NCBI GenBank assembly: GCA_964016885.1
Contig: OZ024744.1
Coordinates: 31,992,001-32,056,000 of the forward strand
Origin: Eledone cirrhosa
Taxonomy: Eukaryota
Length of the DNA: 64,000 nt
Direction: 5' to 3'
A model generated the notes under the pieces. That model had not been told where the DNA came from and made no database searches. It worked only from the letters and a program-made list of their open reading frames with translations. Each line of letters opens with the position of its first letter. Position 1 is the stretch's first letter. The position numbers and the translations under genes are program-made. Below are positions 32,561 to 46,204 of the stretch, one piece after another.

Positions 32561-32848
32561 CTCTTAATGGAGTCGTATGAGCGCCGATGTCATATAGGGC
32601 TTGTCTAAACCTGGTGACGCCAACCCTCTCATTATCAACAACATGAACATCAGGAACGATAGAACTGTTTAAACAGGTCTGACCTGAGGCTAAACAACAA
32701 CGTCTCTGATGACAACAACATCATCAAAAGCAATAATAATGGGATCTTATTTTATTTACTCCGGGTGGATAGGAAGCTATTCAACTCGGCATTTGTCACA
32801 CTATGTAAATAACATAAATGTTTTGTTTGGTTTTGTGTATGAGTTGCA

Positions 32849-32891
<43 letters not shown>

Positions 32892-33408
32892 GCTGCCGCT
32901 GCTGCTGCTGTCAGTGTTGTTGTTGCTGTTGTCTGTCTTCAGGTCAAAACTCATTGAGAAAGGAGAAAAAACAAAAGCCGATCATCACATCAGACCAAGG
33001 AAAATATGTCTTCAATGTTATTTCAATTGTTGATACTGTTCGCCAAGTCACAAATCGTGGTAGAAGGAGGAAGGATTTGAACTCAGAACACGCGGAGTCA
33101 GATCAGACATCGCAAATCATCCTGTCCAGCTCTTTAACAACTTCATCTATCTACCAATGGATTGGTTCTTTATTTATCAGCTCTGGACAGATGAAATGCA
33201 AAGTTTATTTGGAGCGCAGAGAGTTGAAACAAATTCAAAGACATGTAATCTGATCGATTTTCTGGTGAGTCTGATGAGTGTGCCAATTCACCGCTCCAGC
33301 TGTGACCATCAATGTTTCCTTCATGTATGATCTATCTAGTTATATAGTAACTGGGGTATATGTTGCTGTCATTTATTCATGGCTCTTATTGGAGAAAAAG
33401 TCATATAT

Positions 33409-34028
33409 ATAAACGGAAAAAATGAAACGAAATTTCATTTCTCACTCTTAGTACGGCTGTTACTTAAATATAAGTATGTATACGTACATACATATATGTA
33501 TACAGACGCACAGTAGTATGTATATATATATACATACATGCACACATATATATATGCACGTATGGATTCACCGAACATTTATTATAATGCTCGGTGTGTT
33601 TGTAAACAAGCATCCCGTATTAAGCCATAGTGTCTAGCAACCATCGTTGCTCGTTTGTTCAAGACTGACAAAGGAACGCTGTACTAGTTTCAAGCTTACT
33701 AGCTATCGTCAGCAACGTATACCTTCCTGCCAGATTGTTGAACGTATATACTTACCTTATGCATATTAACGGCTGATAGCCCAATTTGCATATCGAGTGG
33801 GTTAATCGGCCGGGTGCACCGAAAATGATAAACGGAAAAAATGAAACGAAATTTCATTTCCCACTCTTAATACGGCTGTTACTTAAATATAAGTATGTAC
33901 ACGTACATACATATATGTATACAGACGTACAGTAGTATGTATATATATATATATATACATACATGCACACATATATATATGCACGTATGGATTCACCGAA
34001 CATTTATTATAATGCTGGGTGTGTTTGT
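33409..34028 (-). mobile_element. ~1.4 units of the HHR repeat family
   Basis: Collinear with the 9515 copy; HHR at ~33675-33718. Confidence 0.85.
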
Positions 34029-34704
34029 AATGTATGAATGTATGTATGAATGTATATATATATGTCAGGTCAGTCTTGAGTGCTACTGGTAACATGTAAC
34101 CCAGTACAACCTGTCGCATGGTCGGGTCGTCGGCGACTAATCCGGCATCCCCACCAAGTTTACTTGGTGATGAGGGTGATTTTGAACACCCTGCAAGACA
34201 AAAAACAAAACCTGACAAAGGGTGGAAGAACTCATAAGAATCAACGGCCATCCACAAGTGTGTAAATATGTATATACACATGTACATATGTATGTATATG
34301 TATATGTGTATATGTATGGGTGCATGAGTATGTATATGCGCGGGGTCATAGAGAAAGTCGGGCTGGACACCCGATCGTGCGGTTAAACCACTGGGAATGA
34401 AGGACCCCTAGCCTTTGTCAGGCATTCTTCTAGGAGAAGGAAACTCAGGAAACTGGGATAACTCCGATATAAAACCTGCGGCTCAGTAGTTACCAATGAT
34501 GTTGATCTTTTCTTCTTTTCGGGTTATAGCTACTGTCGCTCAGAGAGTGGGATTGGCTCAGTGCACAGTCTCTCCTCACTTTAAAAAATATCTTCACGCA
34601 CAGGCATTGCACGATAGAATTAATTAATATTTATTAATAATGTTATATCGTTCCATGACCATGCTCGATAACGAGGGGACAGCCATCATATATATATATA
34701 AAAT

Positions 34705-35539
34705 CTAGTATATGTATTAACTTGCTCAGATTGTCGAGAACAATGCATAGGTCAGACTAAAAACAGCCTCCGCCAACGCATGACTGTCCATAGATCCCAA
34801 ATTAAAATACGGGAATACAGAAAAATACCACTGAGTGAACACATTGATACCTGTGCCGCCCAAAATCATCCCAACTTTAGATCTTTCCCCTCTACAAATT
34901 TAAAGATAATGCCACCCACACCCAGCGCATCAGCAAGGAATCTCACTTTATTAACAAATACGGACCCCGTCTAAACACTTCTCCCTAAAACGAATCCACA
35001 ACATACACACGTCAACATAATACCTACATCAGCATAGATACCACATCAGTATACATCCTACATACATCTCTATCCACATATAAACACAATGACATACGTA
35101 AACACACATGTCCTATGGTGCAACACAAATTACACAAATTTGCATACCTCTTGATGTCTATAGATATAAACGTGCCGACACACACACATACACATACGCA
35201 CACATGTATTGCACATTGATGGGCACATACATATTTGTACATAAGTATCCAATACGACAGGGCCTAATGGATTCCCCTTGCAGTACGTACAATCTGGACT
35301 CACACACACCTTGGTGTTATGACAATACTATATATCATGTCACCCCTTTTATTATTAATGTTTTTGATGTTCTCTTGAGAGAATCGTTTTTGCAAATTAC
35401 TGAAAATGTCGAATAATGTACACCATTTTTACCAGTATCACAAAAATACTGGTCCACCCACACACACACACACGCACACACACACATATACACACACATA
35501 CACACACACATACATACACGTACACTAACATACAAACAG

Positions 35540-35595
<56 letters not shown>

Positions 35596-35831
35596 CTCCG
35601 TATAAGACAAGAGCTGAAAATTATCTTTCAACATGTTAAAATATCCCCCACACACGTACACACACATTCCTACTGACCGAATTTATTCCCTCTACCACGA
35701 ACCACTCCGCGCTACACACACACACACACACACATTTGTCTCAATAGACACCTGAACTGTTGACCTTTCAACATGACTGCAATTCGCACACACATCCCTA
35801 CTGACCATTATCACAACAATGAACCTCTTTA

Positions 35832-35866
<35 letters not shown>

Positions 35867-36330
35867 TATTTGTCTTAATAAACTCAGTGACTTCTCAATC
35901 AGGCGAAAAAGGATACTCTTCGACAAACCTACATTTGGCGCAAAATCAATTTTTAACATTCACGTGACCTCTACCGACCAATCAAAATTGTTTTGACTAC
36001 AAGAATTTCTGCAACACGAATTGGCGCGAAACTTATAGTACTCATTCACGTGACATTCAACAACCAACCAAATCTTAATACCTCTGGAGCCACTTTTTTC
36101 ACATGATCAGTTTAGAGCAAACATCACGGGCGCTCTATCTCAAAATTATTTTTGAAAAGCATTAGAAATGCGCAACAGGTAAAAACTTAAAACTAAAACT
36201 GAATACTAACCAATACTTATTACTAATTTATACTTATTCCTAATTAAACTATTTTTCACTGGGAAACATTTGTCAGCATTTTCTTTTCCTTTTACTAATA
36301 TATCACAACTCGTGTGATACACCTCTATTT
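34705..36330 (+). mobile_element. Penelope-like (Neptune-type) 3' fragment with a microsatellite-rich pLTR and variant HHR at 36149-36185
   Basis: MTVHRSQIKIREYRKIPLSEH GIY-YIG tail, frameshifted; collinear with 55052-56545. Confidence 0.85.
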
Positions 36331-36341
36331 AAAAAAATAAA

Positions 36342-36396
<55 letters not shown>

Positions 36397-36404
36397 TATA
36401 TATA

Positions 36405-36474
<70 letters not shown>

Positions 36475-36484
36475 TATATATATA

Positions 36485-36533
<49 letters not shown>

Positions 36534-36538
<5 letters not shown>

Positions 36539-36650
36539 TTGTAATAAAATGAAAACGAAATTTCATTTCTCACTCTTAGTACGGCACTTACTTAAATGTA
36601 AGTATGTATGTATACGTACATACATATATGTATACAGACGTACAGTAGCA

Positions 36651-36738
<88 letters not shown>

Positions 36739-37190
36739 TACATACGGGTACACATACATATATGTACGTATCAGTTTAGCGGACGCTTATTAGAGCGCCC
36801 GCTTTGTTCGTTTGTAAACAAACTGAACAGCCTGAATTTATGCCGCACGGTGTTAAGGCAACCACGTCACCTTTTTGTTCAACACTGACACAGGAACGAT
36901 GTACTAGTTTCAAGCTTGTTAGCTATCATCAGCACCGTATACCCATCTGCCAGATAGTTGAACGTTCAACTATCTGGCAGATGGGTATACGGTGCTGATG
37001 ATAGCTAACAAGCTTGAAACTAGTACATCGTTCCTGTGTCAGTGTTGAACAAAAAGGTGACGTGGTTGCCTTAACACCGTGCGGCATAAATTCAGGCTGT
37101 TCAGTTTGTTTACAAACGAACAAAGCGGGCGCTCTAATAAGCGTCCGCTAAACTGATACGTACATATATGTATGTGTACCCGTATGTATA

Positions 37191-37234
<44 letters not shown>

Positions 37235-37292
37235 TGCTACTGTACGTCTGTATACATATATGTATGTACGTATACATACATACTTACATTTA
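36534..37292. mobile_element. Perfect fold-back (axis 36963/36964) of a partial HHR-repeat unit; one HHR per arm
   Basis: Arms are reverse complements around GTTGAAC|GTTCAAC; flanked by (TA)n. Confidence 0.9.
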
Positions 37293-37539
37293 TATATATA
37301 TATATATATGATTGATTCCCCTTTGTTATCGAGTATGGCCATTGCATGATATAACATTATTAATAATTGTCAATTAATGCTATGTGTGTGTGTGTGTGTA
37401 TGTATGTATATACATTATACATGTGTATGTATATGCGCGGGGATATAGAAATAATCGGGCTGGATACCCGATCGCGCGGTTAAACCACTGGGAGTGAAGG
37501 ACCTCTAGCCCTTGTCAGGGCATTCTTCTAGGAGAAAGC

Positions 37540-37584
<45 letters not shown>

Positions 37585-38530
37585 GGTATATATAATGGAT
37601 AACGAGGGGCAGCCATCATGTATGTGTGTTATGGGGGGGGGGGGGGTCGGATATGTTCTTTTAAATAATTTTCTTTCATTTGAAATTTGGAATATATAAG
37701 AATTCAAATGAGTAGTAACAAAGAGTCACAAATCGTAAAGATACTCTTTTTCGTGCATTGGTATGTAAGAATGATCAGTTGAACAATCAAAAGAATAATT
37801 CAGTTTTGAAAAGAAATCAATAATTTTGGATTGAGCTGAAAAAACACCACATGGTGTATTTGAAACAGCATTTTGGGGTTCAAGTATTTTGGAAGGACCA
37901 GAATGAGTGCATCGACATTTTTTTCTTTTACGTTGTAGGAAATTTGGCTACTTGTGGTTCAATTTTCGTTCTTTGAACTGAAATATTTGTAATGAATTCC
38001 ATTATAACGAGATTATTTTATCGTTGTTTTAATAAGCGTGTGGCCGGTATCCAAAATTTCGTTATACTGAAAAACTCCTCATTATGGTATTCGTTATAAC
38101 GGAATTTCACCTGTATATGAATATTAATATATTTTGATGGATGTGACAATATTTAGTCCTTTCTTTTGTGTTTGATTTATTCAAGTATAAAAGACAGCAG
38201 CCTACTCGAGGAAGGACGCTTTTGCCATTTTGTCGGCGGGACACAGCTGAAACATCACTCAGACTGGGGTGTTGTCTCTGCCCCCCCCCCCCCCTCTCCC
38301 TTTCTTTCGTGGCTAGGTTTTTTTTTTTTTTTTTCTTCCCTTCATTTCCTCTTTTTTTGTTCCTTTAAATAGTGTGTTTTGTCTTTGTATAAACAACTTT
38401 GTAAAATAAAGTACCTTTGAAAACACAGACAAAATGTTAAACTAAACTAAACGAAACTACCAAGAGTTTGAAGGAAGCGACATCAAAGGAATTAATCCTT
38501 GTAATTAAGTTATTAAAATGTCCTCAACAA

Positions 38531-38564
<34 letters not shown>

Positions 38565-38970
38565 ATGGTTGAAGATATTTTAAATGCACTCAGTATGGGT
38601 CTTTTGAAAGGTATGGTTGATTATAAAAAAGATGTTTTAAATGTACTAAAATGTTTTAAATGTACTAAATTTCAATAAAGAGAAATTTAGCATTGACATC
38701 TGACCGCGATTTTCTATGTTCCTCATCAAAGAAAACTTCAGAAATTTCTCAATAACTACAAAAGTAACTTTGATATTGACCGATTTACTATGTCTTCCCC
38801 CCCCCCCTCCCGCACACACTTAAAGGATTAATTCTTCTTTTTGATATCGGTTCTTTCAATCTTTTGATTTAAGAATATATTATCCTAGAGAAGTTAGTTG
38901 AGAAATTCTTTAAAGATAAAGAACCCTCAGACACTGATGAAAAAATTGGATCCTTCAAGAACTGATGAAT

Positions 38971-39378
38971 TTTAGAATCTATCTATCTATCTAGGGCGGA
39001 TAAAATTCCCGAGATCCATGGACGAGTTCTCTCCAGCGGTCTCTGTCCCTCATTATCGCTGTCATGTCCTGCGTCTCTAACAGACCAGTGTCTGTCCTTA
39101 GGGCATCAACATACGTTAACCTTGGTCTTCCTCTTCCAGTGTGTCCATGTAGGGGCTCCCACAAGAGCACTGAGTGCAATGTCAACAGCTGTACGGGTCT
39201 GAGACTTGGACACTGACCCAGAAACTCACTCAGATGGTGGATGGGTGCTACACAAGAATGCTGAGGATGGCTCTGAACATTAATCAGTATACACTGAGGA
39301 TAAAAAACTCAGAGTTGTATGGGAGCCTCTCAAAAGTCAGCTCAAAAGTGATACAGAGGAGACTGTTTAGAATCTATC
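38971..39378 (-). mobile_element. Truncated RTE-clade LINE with inverted 5' segment and 13-bp TSD
   Basis: Minus 38991-39175 encodes LLWEP..GRGRPRLTYVD..DRDRWR followed by a (TAGA)n tail. Plus 39180-39365 encodes LYGSETWTLT..YTRMLRMAL. TTTAGAATCTATC is on both sides. Confidence 0.85.
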
Positions 39379-39650
39379 GTTATTAATAGGATTTTATTTT
39401 AACCACTGTTTGTCCTCCAGCACCTTAGTTTACATAAGTGTGTGTATATATATATATATACCCGCTGGGTAGTACCACTATATATATATATCCCCTCTCC
39501 CCTCTCCATCTACCCACAACCACCCCCACATGCCTCACACCCTTTCACCACTTGTGTCATTTTAATTTGTTTACCTCTTTTTAACCCCCTCTTTAATATC
39601 TATCCACCACTCCCCCTCACACCCTCCTAACTCTTTTCCTGCCCACTTTT

Positions 39651-39686
39651 CTCCTGATGAAGGGCTTATGCCCGAAACGTCGTCTC
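39651..39686 (+). ncRNA. Minimal hammerhead-like motif (poor stem I)
   Basis: CTGATGA A GGGC-TTAT-GCCC GAAA CG TC. Confidence 0.55.
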
Positions 39687-39760
39687 CCACCCCTCCACTC
39701 TCAAGCGTGAACCTAATACTAACACTTTGTACTGCACTCTTCGTTATTGTTTTCTGTTTT

Positions 39761-39828
<68 letters not shown>

Positions 39829-39847
39829 TTCACATTTATTATTACTA

Positions 39848-39907
<60 letters not shown>

Positions 39908-40149
39908 TAGTAATAATAAATGTGAAGACAAAAATCGGAAGACATCTCGATAAGGATTATATATATGTAAAATATAGATAAAACCGTAGAACAAATATTT
40001 ATTATAAGAACTGATTAAAACGATTCTTTGCTTAAACTTTAATCTGTTCTTATTATATATATATAGCGAATTTTCAACTATCCACCGAATTTTAAACTGT
40101 CAAGGTTGTTTTCCATGGCTATGTCACTATTTATAAAACAAATTTTGTA

Positions 40150-40210
40150 TTTTATCTGATGAAAGCGCACCAAGACTGCTTTGGTTGCCCTCGAAATATA
40201 TATAATAAAA
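40150..40210 (+). ncRNA. Type I hammerhead
   Basis: TTTTAT CTGATGA ... GAAA TATATA TA ATAAAA; 6-bp stem I, palindromic stem III. Confidence 0.7.
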
Positions 40211-40899
40211 TAATTATGGATTTATAAATATAGTTTCCATTTATTAACATATTGTATATATATATATATATAGTTCAAAACGACAAATAAACAAACAAAC
40301 GAAGGAGTCAATAACATATATATATATATACTGAGTACGCCCCTCAGACATTGTCTACTCGATAACATTAACATTAGATGGAAATGAGTAGTGGGGGTGA
40401 TATAATGGACTAAGCTATGGAAGTTGGCGTACTAGCGGCAAACGAAATTTAAATCACACACACAAAAATCCATACTTTTAGCCAAGGAAAAATACCGTTA
40501 CACTGGAATTTTCATTGTTTTTCTTCTTATATCTTTATATATGTTTCCATAGTCTTAAATACGTAAAATACTTTTAAAGGTTATTGAAATAAAATGAGAC
40601 CTTTTTATGTGACCCTTTTCTTAGATTCGGCCCAGCGTGACCTCAATCTGATTACTGAAACCAGTAAAAGAATAGAATATATTCTGGCTGTAAAAAATGA
40701 CATATCCCATCTAAATACCGCAAATAATAGTTAAAATAATTAAACAAATTTGAAATGTATGCTTCCCAACGCAAATGACCATTTTAAAATATCAAATAAT
40801 GTACCCTTTGGGACGATAACAAAAAGGTGGGTTCACTTCTGACCACGTACTATGGTCATTTGCTTTAGGTTGCATATATTTCGAATTTCAAATTTGTGA

Positions 40900-41180
40900 A
40901 CGCTTCTTGAGGCTACTGCTTTGATCTGCCGCTCGCTATACAGAGGAAAAGAAGATAAACAAATACCAGGTATAGTCCGACCACTTCCTCTTCACACCAG
41001 TCACCGTCGAGACCTCAGATATTCTTGGACTCCATACTGTCGAGCTCCTCAGCAACATCGGAACGTCGGTGGCCCATCTAAGGAAGGAGTCCCGCGAGGT
41101 GGGGTGGCTGTTGCAGCGAGTGTCGCTGGCCATTGTCCGTGAGAATGTTATTGCGGTCTTGTTCCGGAGCGCAGCACCAT
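40900..41180 (+). mobile_element. CRE-clade-like non-LTR retrotransposon 3' remnant
   Basis: REVGWLLQRVSLAIVRENV motif. Confidence 0.6.
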
Positions 41181-41369
41181 TACGGCCGCACCCAGAGTCT
41201 AATACCCCCTTCCCCGCCTATTTTTCCGTGACAATACAGCCCTTGCCTTTCTATTCCTTTTCCGTTTTTATTTTAAATATTTTTTTTACTTTACATTCTA
41301 TTCTTTTTTATTAATATATTTTTTTCTTTTTCTATAAAATTGTTTTTAATATATAAAAAATAAACAGTA

Positions 41370-41502
41370 CATTACTGGTACTTTATTTTATCGACCCCGT
41401 AAGGATGAAAGGCAAAGTTAACCTCGGCGGGATTTGAACTCAGATCGTAAATGGACGTAATTCTATACGTCAAAGCATGGCGTCCGACCCTCTAACGATA
41501 CT
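41370..41502 (-). mobile_element. tRNA-derived SINE (same family as 26415)
   Basis: Reverse complement matches the 26440-26570 body, including the B box. Confidence 0.85.
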
Positions 41503-42149
41503 ATGAAACAAATATCTTAAACCAGAGATTTAAAAACAATAAAAAGGAAAAGAAATATGGCGCTTGAAAAACATACAGAAATGGCTTGTGACTTTTTGTC
41601 CTGTGACGTGTTTATTATGACTTTATTTACCGGATTCGTTCCAGTTTGGTCGCTGTTCAAATATTGAAACTATAAAAATAAAGATTAAAGGAATACATAT
41701 ACACGCACGCGTGTGTTTATTTATTTATTTATTTTATTATTTTATTATTGGCTAGGGGTCACTTCCGCCCCTTTAAAGATAGCCTCCATCGAAAATAAAA
41801 TAAAATAAAATCTCCCCCCCCCCCCTCCTATAAATACAAAATACTAAAAGACAAAAAGGAAAAAAAAACATAGGGAAATATTTAAAAGATAAACCAATAA
41901 ACTATTCTCAATCGGTATGTCGCCACTGTTGTTGACACCATCAACTTTACTGACCAGTACACTGCTATCACCTGCTGGCGACACCACTAACTTCTTTCGA
42001 AGCCCCTAAAATTTCCAACGTCTCCACTCTATCCACCCATTGACCCTGATATTTTATATATATCAAATCGGCTTTCGCTATATAAAAAATTTCCCTTTCT
42101 ACTTTCTACCGAACAAAATTCTTCCCCTTCCACCCTCCTACAACTTAGC

Positions 42150-42579
42150 CCCTCTTTCTCTATCTCTTCTCTTTTTCTCTCTGTCTCAATATCTCTCCTT
42201 CTCTTTTCTCTGTCTCTATATCTCTCCTTCACTTCTTCTCTCTGTCTCATCTCTCTAATTTTTCTCTCTATCTTTATATCTCTCCTTCTCTTTTTCTCTC
42301 TATCTTTATATCTCACCTTCTCTTTTACTCTCTATTTCTATATCTCTCCTCTTTGTCTCTCTGTCTCTATATCTCTCCTTCTACTTTTCTCTCTTTCTCT
42401 ATATCTCTCCTCCTCTTTTTCTCTCTGTCTCTATATCTCTCCTATTTTTCTCTCTGTCTCTATATATCTCCTTCTATCAGTTATCGGTGTCTTTTAGAAT
42501 CTCTCTTTCTCTTTTTCTCTTTCTCTGTCCTTTTCTCTCCATTTCTCTATCTCTTCTTCTTTTCTATCACCACCGAATC

Positions 42580-42654
<75 letters not shown>

Positions 42655-42800
42655 GTTCTTCCTCTCTGACTCTCTCTCTCTCGCTTTCTGTATTACTCTC
42701 TCTTTCTTTTTCCCTGTCTGACTCATCCTCTCTCTCTGTATTACTGTCTCTCTCTCCCTCTCCCTCTGTCTTTCTCTCCCTCTCTCTCTGACCGACTATC
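42150..42800. repeat. CT-rich low-complexity / (CT)n
   Basis: Direct reading. Confidence 0.85.
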
Positions 42801-43092
42801 CTTTCTCTATACATCACCGTCTCAAGACTGTCATTGCTGTTCAAACACAGTTATTTCGTCTGCTCATCACGAGTCCATTATGAGTCACGATTGTAATTCT
42901 AGAGTACTGATAAAAGAAAACCAAGAGAAACAAAAATACCGCCATAAACAACAAGAGTAGCCTAAATAAAATCTCACAAAAAATAACGATAATAATAATT
43001 CAACCACCATAATAAGAATGAAAAGCTGGCTAACCTGACCCTAACACTCTTCCGATTGCCTTGGGGTGTAGTTGAATATTATTATAACTGTA

Positions 43093-43398
43093 ACACACAC
43101 TCATACGCACACATACACACATATACACACACATACACACATACACATATACACATACACACATACACACATACATACACGCACACACACATACACACAC
43201 ATACACACATACATACACACACATGCACACACACACATACACACAAACACACATGCACACACACACACATATACACAAACACATGCACACACACATACAC
43301 TCCCACACATACACATTCATGCACACATACATGCACACATGCATACACACACATGCACCCCCCGCACACACGCACATCACACACACACATAAACACAC
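43093..43398. repeat. Degenerate (CA)n
   Basis: Direct reading. Confidence 0.9.
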
Positions 43399-43584
43399 AG
43401 AGGTTAAGAAAGCAGGGCGATTGCTGTTAATAACATCTTGGTTAGTTATAATTTAAAAAAAGGAACAACGAGGTATAGGTATGGGGGTGTGGTAAAAGTG
43501 TTCGCTCCGGGACCACATATTTCGGGGTTCGGGCCTACTGCATGGTACCAGAGGCAACTGTCTGCTGCTACTTTTGGGGAAGCG

Positions 43585-44110
43585 CAGGACACATGGCTAT
43601 GCAGTGTCTCGCCGGCAGGCACCTTTGCTATTCAGTGTCTCGCCGGCAGGCCACATTGCTATGCAGTGTCTCGCCGGCAGGACACATGGCTATGCAGTGT
43701 CTCGCCGGCAGAACACATGGCTATGCAGTGTCTCGCCGGCAGGACACATAGCTATGCAGTGTCTCGCCGGCAGGCCACATTGCTATGCAGTGTCTCGCTG
43801 GCAGGACACATGGCTATGCAGTATCTCGCCGGCAATCCACATTGCTGTGCAGTGTCTCGCCGGCAGGCCATGTTATTATGCAGTGTCTCGTCGGTGGGCC
43901 ACATTGCTATACAGTGTCTCGTCGGCGGGCCACATTGCTATGCAGTGTCTCGTCGGCAGGCCACATTGCTATGCAACGTCTCATCGGTGGGCCATATTGT
44001 TATGCAGTGTCTCGTCGGTGGGCCAGATTGCTATGTAATGTCTCATCGGTGGGCCACATTGCTATGCAGTGTCTCGTCGGTGGGCCACATTGCATTGTAG
44101 TGTCTCATTG
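43585..44110. repeat. 30-bp GC-rich minisatellite (GGCCACATTGCTATGCAGTGTCTCGCCGGC-like), ~17 copies
   Basis: 30-bp period with gradual drift in sequence along the array. Confidence 0.9.
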
Positions 44111-44656
44111 GTTAGCCGTAATATCAAAATACAATAAATTTGCTCGACCTCAGTCTGTTCTGTCCAGAAAGCTACCTTAATCCCGGGTTTTAAAGAAGAA
44201 CAATGAATATTATGTGATATTACTTTAATGACACTTCTTACTATAAATAAAATACAGACAGAAACGGTAAATTGCTTAATGAGATACTATCTATCTGAGA
44301 TTGTTTGTTACTTTCAAGTTAAAACATTACGTTCACCTAAGTCTGGTGGCTAGACATGTTCTCCAGTCAGTTTTCTAATCCAAAATAATTCAGAGCACTT
44401 TTTCAGGGACCACTTAGCCTAAGATTAAATGGCGGGCCAGACAAAAATCGTTCATGGGCCGGAAGTTTTCGATCCCTGTACTGTAGCGTCGGGTTGACTA
44501 AAGCTTTGAGTGTGGAATTTGGTAGACGGGAACGGAGCAAAAGCCCATTGTACATATATAAGTGTTTTTTATTTAATATACAGTATATTGCCAAATATAC
44601 TATACATACATTCATGTATACATCGCTATTTCAGAGCACCAAAACTAATATATATG

Positions 44657-44738
<82 letters not shown>
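44657..44738. repeat. (GATA)n microsatellite
   Basis: Direct reading. Confidence 0.95.
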
Positions 44739-44739
<1 letters not shown>

Positions 44740-45876
44740 TTCTTTAAATTTAGCTTTGGCATAGCTGTATGTGAATTTCATATATCTAAAGATATATGGT
44801 ATGTTTAATAAATAAAGATTTTAAAAGCCCAACCATAAATATTGAAAGACTGGCGGCAAGCGCCGTCTAGCGGATTCAAGCAGAAGCAGCGGGGGACAAC
44901 TTTCTATGCACATATAGAGCTTTTGGCTCTCATTAGGACAATGCTTTTCCTACTCTCAGCTGGAACTTGAAACAAGCGAAAACATACTTTTTTCGCTTGT
45001 GTACGTGGGCTGATTAGCTTCATTTGCATATAAAGCTGCTCAAGTTGGCTCGTTCAATCTCTAATATACGTTTCTATACAATAGCCGTCTACATACGCTG
45101 ACTGCATAGTCTTATGTTCAATCGCATCCATTATTGCATTATGATGATTGAACATAGGACTAAAGCAGTCAGCGCACGTAGAGGGTTATTGTTCAGAAAC
45201 GCATGTTAAGATTGAGCACTCAATAAATTTCTCCTTCTGATCAATACTACCTGCCCAGTTATTCTAGTTTTTCCTGGCATCATGATTATTATTACAAATA
45301 CTTCGTAATCTTATTTTTGGAAATTGTACCATAAACTTTTTAACTAGATCCATACATTACGCTTTGCAAGGAACAGTCGAGAAATAATATTTGGTAAGCA
45401 ATCTTCCATATTTATTTTGTTTTCGCATTTGATCTACACAAACGAAATTTAATTTGACTTATCTTCGTGTGTATATCAAAATGGATGCAGCTCAACAGAG
45501 GACTCGATACTTGGAGCAGTAGAATGTGGTAATATGAAAGAGTCCGGACCCCGACGGCTGAACTCTTGCCGTGTCAACAGCTACTCCCGAACTAGCTGTT
45601 GAAACGGCAAGAGCTCAGCCGTCGGAGTTTGACTCTTTCATATATATATATATATATATATTTCGTTTCTGAATTTGTTTAGCAAGATTCTTTATCTGAA
45701 ATCGTGTGTTGAAACCGATATTGTTACACTTTGGGAGGGTCATGCTGCCAATAAGAAACACACGCACCAGTTGCTTTCACTTCAATTTAATTTATTAAAT
45801 ATTTATAAATTTACAAATTTATAAATTTCTGGTTGGTTGGTTGGTTCCACAACCAGATAGTTGTTTATATATATAT

Positions 45877-45921
45877 AGTCATAGTTCTTTCGTCACACAC
45901 TCTGTGACCTCTTCAGTGACT
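45877..45921 (-). ncRNA. pLTR minimal hammerhead
   Basis: AGTCA CTGAAGA G GTCACA-GAGTG-TGTGAC GAAA GAAC TA TGACT. Confidence 0.8.
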
Positions 45922-46204
45922 GGGGATTTCTTTCTTCGTTTCTGTGCCTTTCCTTTCTTCTATCCTACGCCATTTTGTTTGTGTGTGGGTTGCGTGCTCA
46001 GTTTGCGCATGCGCCACATCCGGGTGTCTGTGTGTGTTTGTGTTCATTTTTCTATTTGTTTGTTTATTTATTTATTTATTGTTGGTTGGTTGTTTGTTCT
46101 ATGTGTGTGTGTGTTTTCATTTTGTCTTGTGTGTGTTTTCATTTTGTGTGTGTTTTCAATTGTAAGTTGTTTGTTCTATGTGTGTGTGTGTTTTCATTTT
46201 GTCC

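Noticed and set aside
37975-38115. Tigger/pogo-like TIR remnant (TTCGTTATAACGGAATTTCACCTGTA)
   Set aside because: Only one end is visible, with no partner TIR or transposase.
38930-38970. Two CTGATGA motifs
   Set aside because: No stem II, GAAA or stem III follows them.
39825-39930. Short inverted repeats here and at 26198-26296 and 52635-52738 as further ribozyme hairpins
   Set aside because: The hairpins are visible, but no complete HHR or polarity could be assigned; they may be truncated members of the same class.
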